This document shows positions 1 to 12,000 of a DNA stretch of 64,000 nucleotides, piece by piece. Under the pieces are notes generated by a model, which saw only the letters and a program-made list of their open reading frames with translations, made no database searches and was not told the DNA's origin. Source of the stretch: Oculina patagonica (lineage: Eukaryota); assembly GCF_052425735.1 (NCBI RefSeq), contig NC_135762.1:33728001-33792000 (forward strand), given 5' to 3'. The stretch's first letter is position 1. The number at the start of each line of letters is the position of its first letter. The translations under genes and the position numbers were made by a program.

Positions 1-3000
1 TGATCCAACTTCGTGTAATTCCGACGATTTGTCCCGACGACGATTCAGGAACGTCATGGACCGCATCATCTGCCGACATTCTGAGAGAATTTGTTGTGTC
101 AAAGAAATGCAGAAGTTGAGTTGTCAGAGCGGAAAATACGAGGCATCGTAAGTTATGGCAGAATGAGTTGATGTGTGATTAAAAACCACACAAAATAAAG
201 GGTTTGATTGTTTTTAATATATCATTACTAGTTTTCTTATTATTAAGTTTTCGAAGGTCTTCAGTTCATCTGTAAACTATTGGCTTATAGTTGAATTCCA
301 GGTCGAGAGTTCCGAGATCGAGTCCTGTGTGCAGTTCTCTCGCCACGCAAAAAGTATATGAAAAATGTCACTAGAAATCAAGGCTACTAAAGGGACCTCA
401 AACTAGGCTAAGTTGCCTAATTTTATAATGCTATCTTTTTCTCCTCTGGTAATTTTTTAAATAAAAGCCTCTAACGTAAATTTTAATGCAGAAAATTAGA
501 GCACGTGTTTTGTAGGTGCAAAGGGTCTATTGACAACCCAAAAAGCGCGATGACGCTTTTCTTCTCAAATTTACCTCGGAACTATAACTTTCTGTTATTA
601 CCATCACAGGTGAATCCTTTTTGAAGATAAGTATTTTTCTGTTCCTTAGCCTGGGCGAGTCGTGCGACACTTTCAGACCATTTGTTGGTGGAGATGATTT
701 TCGAGAGTGCTGCGACTGCTGTTCTCTGGGAATCCGAGCCAGGGCGGACCCGTATGCGAGCTGTTCTACCGACAAGTTTCCAGAGATCATGTCCAAGAAC
801 TTTAGCTTTCCCTGCGTCCAGGCCTTTCACGAGTGTTGCCGTGGTAAGAATAACGATCAACGGTCATTTCTTGCTGTTGTTTTGCTTCTGTATTATCGAC
901 TTGTTAAGACACCTTGTTTCTGTTATTTAAATCATCTAAAAAGAACAGGTTTACAAGATAGAATAAAAAAAAACTATCTTTTCAAATGGCCTGTACCACA
1001 AAGTTTTACTTGAGGAGAGGGGTTGTAGGTGAACTATTCCAATCAATGTACATCTCTTTACAAATAGTCATTTCCACTTTGAAGCGGTTTGTCTGTAACA
1101 ACGGGTAGAACTGTTTCAGCTTAAGCCTTGGCTTTCAATACTTTATTCTTGAGCAGAGAAGATCAGGAAACGTTGGTTGAGAAAGCTGCAGTGTTGACCA
1201 CGGCGCCAACAGTTGCCCGTCGTTTTACCAAACAGATACGACAAAATAACTATATTTACTACATTTATAGAGTGGAGGGGGACAGGGGGGCGGGAGCACG
1301 TGAGAAAAGGGGCGGGAAGCGGGATTCCTAAAGTGGCGGGAACCGGGAGAAAACGAGTGAAATTTTGTAACATTTCATTATATTTCGCAATAGACATGGA
1401 ACAAACAGGAGAGAACAGCTACGGAAAGGGATGGGAGGCGGGAGTAAAAGGTACGGGAGGCGGGAGGTTCAGACCCCCCTGTCCCCCCCCCCCTATAGAG
1501 GAAGCCACATCAGCTCTTGCTGGTTTTCATCCGGGTCCTATATTCTGGTCGATTTGGATTTTGGAAATATTGGTTTTTCAAGAGGGAGGAAAACTGGAGA
1601 ACACGGAGAAAAACCCTCTGAGCAAAGATAAAAATCCACAACAAACTCAATCCAGATATGACGCCGGGACCGGGAATCGAACCCGGACCACATTGGTGGG
1701 AGGCGAGCGCTCACCACTGCGCCATCCCTGCTCCCTAAATTAATACAAAGGAGTATTGGAATTTGCCTTACTCGGAGTTTTCTACTAAGAAAAAAATAAC
1801 TTTAGGTGTACTTTAACACGTTCGATTATCAAACAGAAAGCTTCATTTTTTCTTCACAGGTAACATAACGCTGCCTACGGTTATTCCGACGCTTCCGTCT
1901 CGGCAACCAAAGTGTTCTGACAATTTCTGTGAGCAGCTGTGTCGAAAATCACCGAGCGGAGCCGCAGAATGTTATTGTCGTAGCGGCTATGCTCTACAGC
2001 CTGACAGAGTTTCTTGTAAAGGTAGGGCAACATCACTGCGTTGCTTTGTCTTGACATTGTGACAAAACACAAAAATCATTCAAAAATCATTCACTATTTA
2101 AGACGGAACGTGAATGGATAGACTACTTTGTCCTTGTCCTAAACTTCTTGAAAGCAATTTTAAAAATCTCAACTGAAGAATCCAAACGGAAAATGTCCCA
2201 TTAACAAAACTAATGGGACTAAATGGATGTTGGGCGCACCCCAGCGTGACATGATGAGGGTGGCGGGAATATACCCGGCAAAGTAAAAAAGATACGGGCG
2301 GTAGCAACACATCCTATAAAATACTGAATTAGTTAAGTAATGATACACCCTGCGCGGTAAAGGATGAGCCAAATTTGGCGCGTGTCACAATCGGAAATGG
2401 GTGAAAGGTTAAATAAGGGAAGGGATCCATGATTAATCAGCCTGCTACATATACGTGCAAAGCAAAATGTAAGGGGTGCTCCCAAGCCAGTAGTCCTGCT
2501 TTATTGAATAAGGGTAGGGTGTGATGGGAAGGAATTTACAGAACTATCGCGCAGTGAATTAATTTCGAACACGATGCAATGTGCACAAGAAATCGTAGAA
2601 CAAAAAACTTCGATCTACCCGATTATGCATAACTTTTTATCAGTCACGGACTACCAACAATGGAGGCCTGGGTACACAGAGGCTCAAGGCACAAGGGTCA
2701 GTTAATGTCGTATGCTATAAACAAGGTAGTTGTTGTAATAAAACAGTTTCACGCAAGACCTTTGGTGTATAAGCAGAGTGTGGACAGAAACTACCCTTTT
2801 AAAAACACTGTTGACAGTGGCCTACACAAAAGCCGACTAAACGCTCTTAGTAGATGTAGGTAACTATATTTTACAAGTAAAATTACCATTTGAGCGGACA
2901 GCTGTACACAGGCTAGACGGATAACCCTTGGTTAATTTGTCAGGCCAGTCGAAAATCTTACCAGTCAGCACCGCGATGACAAAGGCTGCAGCTATATGCA

Positions 3001-6000
3001 GACAAGGGATCAATCCTGCACCCCTGTATTAAAGGAATGAGGCCGACAGCAATATGCCCTATTTTGTTGCAGATATCGATGAGTGTCAGACAGGCAGTGT
3101 TTGTGCTCCTTTAGAACGCTGTGTCAACATTCCTGGTAGGTACCGATGTGAAAATGAAACTGAGGCAGCCTGCAAACTTGGACAAGAAAAACTGGACGGT
3201 AGATGTATAGGTAAGTGGCATGTTTTGGAGGCAAGCGTGGCCGAGAGGTTTAGGGCGCTGGTGTTGTAATCTGGAGGTCACCGGTTCGAGGCCTGCCCTT
3301 GCCACTAGCTGGATTTGTTTCTCGGTTGTCCCGAGTTCAAATCCTCGGTCACGCTTTGTATATAGCCAACTGGTCTGCCTCCTGCCAGTTGGGATTTTTA
3401 ACCTTATGTTCATTTATAAATTGTTTGTTTCCTCTGTTTCAGTGGCATGCCTGTAAACTAGCTATCTCGTTGAGATATGAAGCTAAGTGCATGACCGGCA
3501 CTATAAACACATATTAATTTTTTTAATTATGTTTCAATAACATGTTAATATAACGAAAAGCTCCTTCCCCTGCCGCCAAACCCTTTGAATCTAAACGTAA
3601 TCAGTTTTCCGGACATTTCCTTTGTTTCACTTATGGTCCCTATGAACGAAGCAGATTATTTTCTTCCATAATGTAGTACATTCCAACATCAAAATGTAAA
3701 GTTAGCGTATCACACCAAAACCAACCGCACCATTTTCTTACCGTGTGTTATGCGTTTCACACAAAATCAATCGCCTCGTTCACATCTAAAACGTCTCGTA
3801 CGTACATGTATAACATCAAAATTAATGACGTCGTTTGCTTTTTAAGTGCGAAGTGTTTCACACAACCAATCAAATTGCTTCCTGCTTAGTTGCTATGCGA
3901 CTAACACAAAACCTGTCATATCCTTATATTTTAACTTGTAAAGTGTTCACACCATAACCAATATTATTATACATTAGAATTACTTTGAAACATGTGATTG
4001 GTCGAGAGCATTCAGTCAATATACAGTAGCATGTGAACTTGATATGATAACCCAATATCTGCAGCAGATATTGGGTTATCATGTCGAGTTCAAAGTCCTC
4101 CTAGTTTCCAAGCCCCTCGTCCGCGTAGTGCTGTCAAACTTTTGAAAATATGGCTGAGCGATTCGCCTCCGTTTCCGAAGAGGAATTGAAAGTTTTGATC
4201 GAGAACAAAGATTCTAAAAACACCAAGAGAACAACAAAAACAATTGTAAAAATTCTGAATGATTATTTGAGGGAGAAGAACCTGGAGGAACCACAAGATA
4301 AAACCGCTTTGGCCAATGTTCTGACGAAGTTTTAAGCCGGCGCTATAGAAAAAGTGATGGCAAATTGTTTGAAAACGTATAATAAAACAATTATTGAATT
4401 CGGTTTTCGCATGATATCTTGAATTATCAAAACCTCGTGTCTGTGTATCTGCCTCAGCCTCGGCTTCGGCAGATAACACAGACCTCGGTTTTGATAATTC
4501 ACGATAACATGCTCAACCTCATCCAATAATTGCTTAATATCACCTAATGTTCAAACGCGACGCGGGTCATGTAAGCGTTCACATGGCACGATACATAAAC
4601 ACCAATTACAACTGCGGGCTTTTTTACATGTGGATCATTTCGTGAAAATCACGCGCCAATCACATCGCTCGTGAAAACACGTGTCAGTCAAAATAAAAGC
4701 GAGGCTGTGATTAATCTGTTCTTTGATTGACAGATATCGATGAATGTGTGCGTGGACAGCACCGCTGTAGTAGTCAACAGACATGCGTCAATAATGACGG
4801 ATCTTACAGCTGTGCCTGCAGTACAGGTTTCGAAGCCTATGGAAGTTCCTGTTTAGGTCAGTATCCACACAAGGCGCTCATTTGAGATTATTCGAAAATC
4901 TAAAAATTATGTCGTTCTGTATCTTAAAATTGTGCGTGGTTCAATGTGGGTACTTTCGTTAAAAAGGAATTTTAATTATACTGAAAAACTGTCATCCACG
5001 GTTCATACGAACAACAGAAACAATAACGATAGAAAAGGCTTTCCCGAAAATGTTTGTTTATTTGTGTGCTATTTTTGAATATAACTAACTGTTCAGAAGC
5101 TATCTGCAGTTTTAGTCGACGATCTGAAAATTACATTTTATTAGCTACAGTGGAACTGAAAGTATTTGCGTGCTGCTGTTCTTGAGGAATACCGTATCAA
5201 GAAATAGTCTATTGTTGTGGCTTAACTTTTTCCATTAAGCACTAGACAATAGTCCTTTTGTTTTTGCATAGTTAGTTTTTGGTTACGCTGAGGGACTTTG
5301 GCCGAAGCTAACCGGAAAAGCTCGTGACTAATCGGAAAATTGTCGATCGTGGCAATTTAGCTGCACTGGGGAAGTGGGTAGCGTAAATTTGTACTTGTCA
5401 AGTCAAGTTCCGCCACTGCACCCCAAGGAAGAATTTGACGGTGTGCGATAAGATAATTAGTGTCTAATTATTCTCTTGAATAAACAGATAAAAACGAATG
5501 TGTAACACAGGAAGCCCAATGCCCACAGTACTCCAGCTGTATCAATACTAACGGATCGTATCGCTGTGAATGCGAAAGAGGACGACAACTACAAAATAAC
5601 AAATGCGAGGGTAAGATTAACTTAACATGCATCGATAAAGACACCACAGAGGATCAACTACAATGACTGCCGAACAGAGCGCTTAAGTGTCAATGCAATA
5701 TCTTTTAATGTAATGGGTTATTCAACCACAAAGTAATGTAATAATTATCTTTTTTCATCATCATCATTTCATTACTTCTGTCTTCTTTTATGTACAACCT
5801 TGTCAAAGCAATTAAATTTTTTTTTAACTACTCAGCTCGTTTAGTTTATTTCTACTCTGAGTAGTTTTTTTGCCTATTTTAGTTAATTTATTTTATGCTG
5901 TAATTTATCTTATATTTAATTTGGCAAAATAAAATGGTTGTTGTTATTAGCCACTTTAGAATAAACAATTGCATAGCATCGTATTAACTATGGTTGCTTG

Positions 6001-6026
6001 ATGATGATGACGATGATGATGATGAC

Positions 6027-6060
<34 letters not shown>

Positions 6061-9000
6061 ACTAATATTATTATTTCACAATAGCAGAAGCTAAATTCAG
6101 TTACTATTGTTTTCGTTGGTCTGCCTCGGGAATGTATCCCAAAGAATTTTTTACGTGCTACTTTATGCACCAGAGTGATTGATTCTTTTAGTCTGTTAGC
6201 ATGCCAGTGCTTGCTTTCCTAGCACCTTTATTGCCTCTTAACTTTGATTTTAAAACTAGTAAAACAAACTTATAAGAAATGGTAACGCTCTCCTTTTTCT
6301 TTCAGAGGAAAAACAATCATCTTATCAGGGCATGGTAATTTCATAATCGAAGCCGAAAGAAATTCTCGATTTTTCAACATGGATGCAGTTACTTCCATTT
6401 TTCCCATCCGTGCCCTACTTGACTTTTCTGCTACCCATTGATCGACATCTTTGTTTTTAATAATGTGTAGATATCGATGAATGTTCCACTGGACAACATT
6501 CCTGCCCCCAAGGAACACAATGCCAGAACACGGATGGGTCCCACAAGTGTACCAATGTACAATGCCCGCCTGGACAAGAACTGGGTGCTGACGGCAGGTG
6601 CAAACGTAAGTGCTGTTACAATGTTAAAAAAAAATAGACAGGAAATTTGGGAGGAAAGTTCTAGATTGATGAGCTTTAAAGAAACCCGAGTTGGCAAAAA
6701 TTAGACGACATGCCACAAAGTTAAGCGGGACAATTGTTTCATATCCTTGATTTTACATTTCCAGGTAAATCGAGGGAAACCTTACTACTTTCGTAGAAAA
6801 CTAAATATGTTTATAAACAAATTGATCTAAAATTTGTCGGTGTAGATGTGAATGAAATATTTTACAGTGGCTCGAAAAATGCCTATTTTTCTAATTTTCG
6901 AGATGTTGCGGCGGGCCAGAAGGTGGAAAATATTTAATGGCTCTTAACGCGGCCAGAAAATTATTTTGAATCGAACAAAATCTGTTTTAGATTTTGTCTC
7001 GGTAAAGGTCTTTTAGTTGCCAGAGTTTCAAGCAAAATTATTTTTTGACGCCAATTTGAGTGGGCGGTTTTCAGAAAGACGGCCTCTTAATGTGTCCGGT
7101 GAGGAAGCTAATAGGTACTTTAGATGTAGTTAGAGGGGATTAAAGCTGTCATGATAACGGTGCTTAGATAATTTTTCTTTTAACCCTTTAATCGAAGCCT
7201 GTTATGTTCTAAGATAAAAATAAGAATTCTCATTACCGACTGACTTGTGCTTCTTTTATGGCAGTTCTAAGAATTTAGTAAATCATCAAAACATTTAACT
7301 TTGAGAGAACGCTTTTCTTTGTTCGCGGCACCTGTTAGGCAGTAAGTTCCGGTTTGGCAATTAAAACACAGGATGAAGTTTGTCAGCTACAGGATAAAAA
7401 AAAAAACATCAGTAACCGTAATGAAAACGAAAAACCTCCTTCTCTGTCCCAACACCATAAAAATTTAACCAAAAAGAGAACGAAAAAAAAAAAAACAGAT
7501 TAAACTGCAAGTAGGGAACGTAATGCACACATCCGCCTCCAAGAATAATAAGTGAAGGTTCCTCAAAGACATTGCTGTCATTAGTTGCCTGTGTATCAGA
7601 AAACGTCACCTTTGAAAACAAAAGACAAGGTGTTTTCAAGAAAAATGTTTCCCAAATCATGGAAAAGATACAAAATGATTTAATTTCGTTTATTCACAAC
7701 ATTTCGTCTTTACGTGTAACTAGATAACTACGCTTCTTTTGATGTCGTATTATAAACAATTTTCGACATTATTATTCTATAATATTCAGTGTCTCTTTTA
7801 TTTTTCTTGTGTATAAAACATAGGTATCGCTACAAATAACATAGTTCAACCATATACAATAATTAGTTCATTTGCAACGTTTTGTTTCCCTGGATTTGTT
7901 CCCGCAATCCCGCAATCGCACAACATCCAAAGGGACATTTCTGTCGAAACCTGAAAGCGTTGGCACACATACCACGTTGTGTATTGGGACATCGCTAATG
8001 AAAGCATTTAAATGAATTTCTTTCATAATTATTGCTAATTATTTATTAATCTTGCCCGAACAGTGTGCGTGAGCAGAATTCATTTATCCAGTGATTGTTT
8101 ACTACGTCGAGTTTTCTTTGGTCTTGTCTTCTTCCTTCTCGATTCTGTAATGATCCCAGCAAAGGACTTTATTGTTGTAGAAGTGAAAGTTCTCTCCAAC
8201 TCTGAACCTCTGTCTGCAGATCTGACACGAGAAACACTCGATATGGTAGGCATTTTTCCCAGCTCTCATTACAAACTCAAACGCGGCTATTGACTTGCTG
8301 CATGCGGCGCAAACACCAGGAATCCCAAACAATCTAAAGAAAGGAAAAACAAAGTTGTAAATGCAGAGCGTAAGAGTCCCCACTAGGGAATTTCGTCCGG
8401 TTGCCCCAACAGTCCGCCAGTACTCATTTATACACCTGGGTGTTCTCTGTTAGAACACCTTACAACAACCCCGGTCAGGACTCGATCGAACCCGGTGCAG
8501 AGGCCAAAACAATAACTATTATGCAGCAGGAGGGCATTTGCGTGCGCATGCGTCGATATGGGGGCGCACGGCGGCCGACAGAGAAGTTCTGCTATCGATT
8601 GTTTACATTCACAATATGCCTAATTTAGCTCAATATAAAAGGTGTTAAGTAAGCTGAACGAACTAAGAGTCCCGCACCTGACAACAACAAGATGTGCGCG
8701 GCCGACGATCGACTGGTGAACATTGCACGGGAATGGCGACCGAAGTCGAGAACCAAATACCTGCCATGTAGCGGGAGATCAAACGGACAGCGACGGCACA
8801 GACTAAAAAACAGTACTATACGATGTCAAGATCCGGGTTGAGCGAGTGTATGATGTCGACACTGCCGCCGAGCGAACCAGCCACTCAGGCACCAGAAATG
8901 AGATCGCTTGCTGGAGGAGCGAATGCTATTGTAGCCCTCGCGACACGAGCTTATCGCACGGAGGACTGCGAGGGACCTGCCCCACACGGCGAGCGATGCA

Positions 9001-12000
9001 CTCGGAATAGCGACCGAGGCACCCTGGCCAGTCGAGGGGAGAGATCAGTGAGTGACATGTGAGAACACCCACTGTCTCCCCTCAGGGACCCTTGTGACCG
9101 CCGACCCCGACAAGCGCCCACCGCACAGTGAACTTACCATCACACCCAGCACACGAATAATTCCCTTACGGCCTGATGTCGTGAGGCCCACCTGTCCCAC
9201 ATCCCAATGCTAATCTCCACAAGAGCCTGCCACACACAACCCAGCGACCAAGTGACGAAAACAGACAAAAAACAAAGAAATCTCCGCGCCGTTTTATTCC
9301 CAAGATCACGCGGTCTGTACAGCGGTGCACGCAGCGCCCGCAAAATGCCCTCCTGCTCTATTATGCCATGCGTCTCGTCAGGTGAAATAATTTCTTTTGT
9401 CATAGCATCCTTTCCCAAGTGCAACGATAAATTGTGTCCAGTTCTTTTTTTGTGGTTCTAAATAGTCTAGAATCTCATCATATTTCTGGTCATGTTTTGC
9501 TACAAAAACCGGCTTTTAGCGCCAACTCTAATGAGCCCGTCTGCTTTGTGCAGACCGCTGCCATAATTCAATGGTTCGGTGCCCACCGAGAGATTTAGGA
9601 GCATACATGAAAGACATATGGCTCATGGTATCACCGCTGACTTGACGAAGCTGACTTGACGCAGGGGAGTCATGTGTTATTCCCTTATCAATAAAACCAT
9701 AGTACAGCGATAAACGAATAGACTAATTTAAATAAAATGTAGTCATTGCTAAACTCTTTTTTCAAAATCCGCCTATGTTTGGAATGTTTTTTGGGAGCGA
9801 TCTACATGGGAGCATACAACAGAACGATATTTTCCGCGCTCGCTCGCAATGGAACTCGTCGGGAGTTATCTGATTGTAATATCTATATTTTCGATGTCTT
9901 GGAATTCAGTTGAATCGCTTTGAATTTGCATAAGGAATGCAATTTAATCAATCGAAAGGTTGAAACTTTCTTAACAACGCTTTCGGTCCCTACATTTAAT
10001 GCTCATCTTGCAATCTTGATATTTTTATTCCAAGAAGATGTATTTGAATAAAAGTGTTTTGAATTAGCTTCGTCGGTGGTTGTGCACCAAACAAAAACAT
10101 TAAGTGGCATTTGAGTAAGAACCACCAAAAACAACCCTTCAGGTACTGCCGGGTAGCAGAATATTCAAACAAGCACTTCTATTTTCACTGACCTTAAATA
10201 GTCCCTCTTGCACAAAATGAGGTTTGCCTTGTTGTAGAGTGTGGAGCCGATATCGCCGAGTTTACACTCACAGCAGTTACACTTTAAACAGCCTTCATGC
10301 CAATATAGGCCTAAGGCTTCTAGCAAGTAACGATCATTGATCGGCATTTTACATCCACTGCAAAGATGTCTATTCTGCGACTCTTTTACAAGCTCTACGT
10401 TTTTCGTGGCTGGAGAAATAAATAAGAATAACCACATAATTAGCGTGGATTAGCGACAACCGGTTTAGAGTTTTATTGTGTTTTTAAAGTAAAAGTGACG
10501 GCCGCTGTCTTGCTTTAGGCTGGGTTTAAATTGACATTTAATAAAATAATTTGCGCTGATCTCACACGGACTTTACCACATTATATTACTACGATTGTAC
10601 CGCTTGATATTATCGAGTTCAGCGCCGCCTCGTGTATTTAAACATTTAATTCCTTGTAACGCAGAATCTTCCGCCATGTGAAACTGCGTACATAGAATGT
10701 AAGCCAAATCTGCTATGACATTTCGCGCGTACATACATACCCATATTTGTCAGGTAATCTCAAGGCCCCGTTGAACGTTCCTCTCGGCGAAAGCCTGTGT
10801 TGATGTCTCGAGTGAGGGTACAGAAAAAGTACCGACCACTTTCAACCAGCAATGATTTTTAAACTCATTGTCTCCCGGTATTTCATCAGTCGTGTTGAAC
10901 GCTAATGATTTCTGGCGGCGAAATAACAAAAACACTGATATTTCGCCAAGTAATTAACTCTAATGACGCACCTCTTACTATTGGCTGAAATGGGCCAAAT
11001 AAAACAGGTATCCATGTGTAGGAAAAGAAATCATCGTAATTATCAAATGCGATAAGCGAGTTGTAAAATGGAAGGGTTGACCAAGCATACATTTCTGTCA
11101 TTTATATTGTCCCTCCCAGTCAATATCAGCGGTGGATAAAAGTGATAAAGACGGCAAGAATTCAAGATACACACATGGCCGCGCAAGACTTTTAAAAGAT
11201 GGTTTTTATGCGGTTTTAAAAAACGAGAAAACGGCTGTTTTCAGATTAATCCTACAGTATGAGAGAATAGTCGCTAATTGGCCATCTGCTCGTAGTTTAC
11301 ATGCAAATTCTTTAAGGTAATTACTATCAAGTTTTGTTTTATGCCACTAATGGCTTCCTTTTACATTTCACGGAAAACACTTTCAATAGCAGAAAAAAAA
11401 ATCGTAATTAGCTTTCGCTAGTTCTACACCCAAAGTTGAATTCCTTCTGTTAATTTCCCGATATTATTGAAGTGCATTTCTGCTCAGGGATTTTTTAACG
11501 TTTCTTTGCAAAGCAATTCTCTTTATCTCTACCCGTAAGGTTGAATTAATATTTGAGAGATTAAGGGCGGAGAAGATTTCTAGCCTTTCTGTGTAATTTG
11601 GATAGGAGCGACGTATTAATTGTGCGCCATTATGTAGAGAATAAAAAGCTTTTTAACACGACAGTGGGAACTGAAAAATCTTTTTGCCACAAGCAAAGTT
11701 ACACGGGTACCAAAATTAAAACTATAGCAAAAAACACCATTCATGAAAGCTAACTTTAGTGGCTGCCGTTGTCTGAGCAGATTTTTTTTACGTTGCTGGG
11801 GAATTAATCGTCCTCATGTAAAGCTTTTGTAAGTTTTTACTTATAAAAAAATAGTTATTGGCTAAATAAAACAGCCAATCAAAGTTGTATTTCTTATTCA
11901 AATAGATTTCTCAGTGATATCCAAGAAGACAAATAAAATCATTTATTCATTTGTAGTCTCAATCCATTTTCCTGGTGCTAGTGAATAACGCTATATACCT

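Noticed and set aside
1128-1331. Plus-strand ORF ([22 protein letters not shown]) as an extra fibulin linker exon
   Set aside because: The CAG acceptor gives a frame with an early stop, there is no good donor, and exons 650-843 and 1860-2021 already join in phase.
2170-3050. Possible decayed LINE/RT fragment in a fibulin intron
   Set aside because: Only vague resemblance; no continuous translatable motif could be recovered.
5988-6170. Poly-Ile ORF resembling a membrane protein
   Set aside because: It is the translation of the (ATG)n microsatellite.
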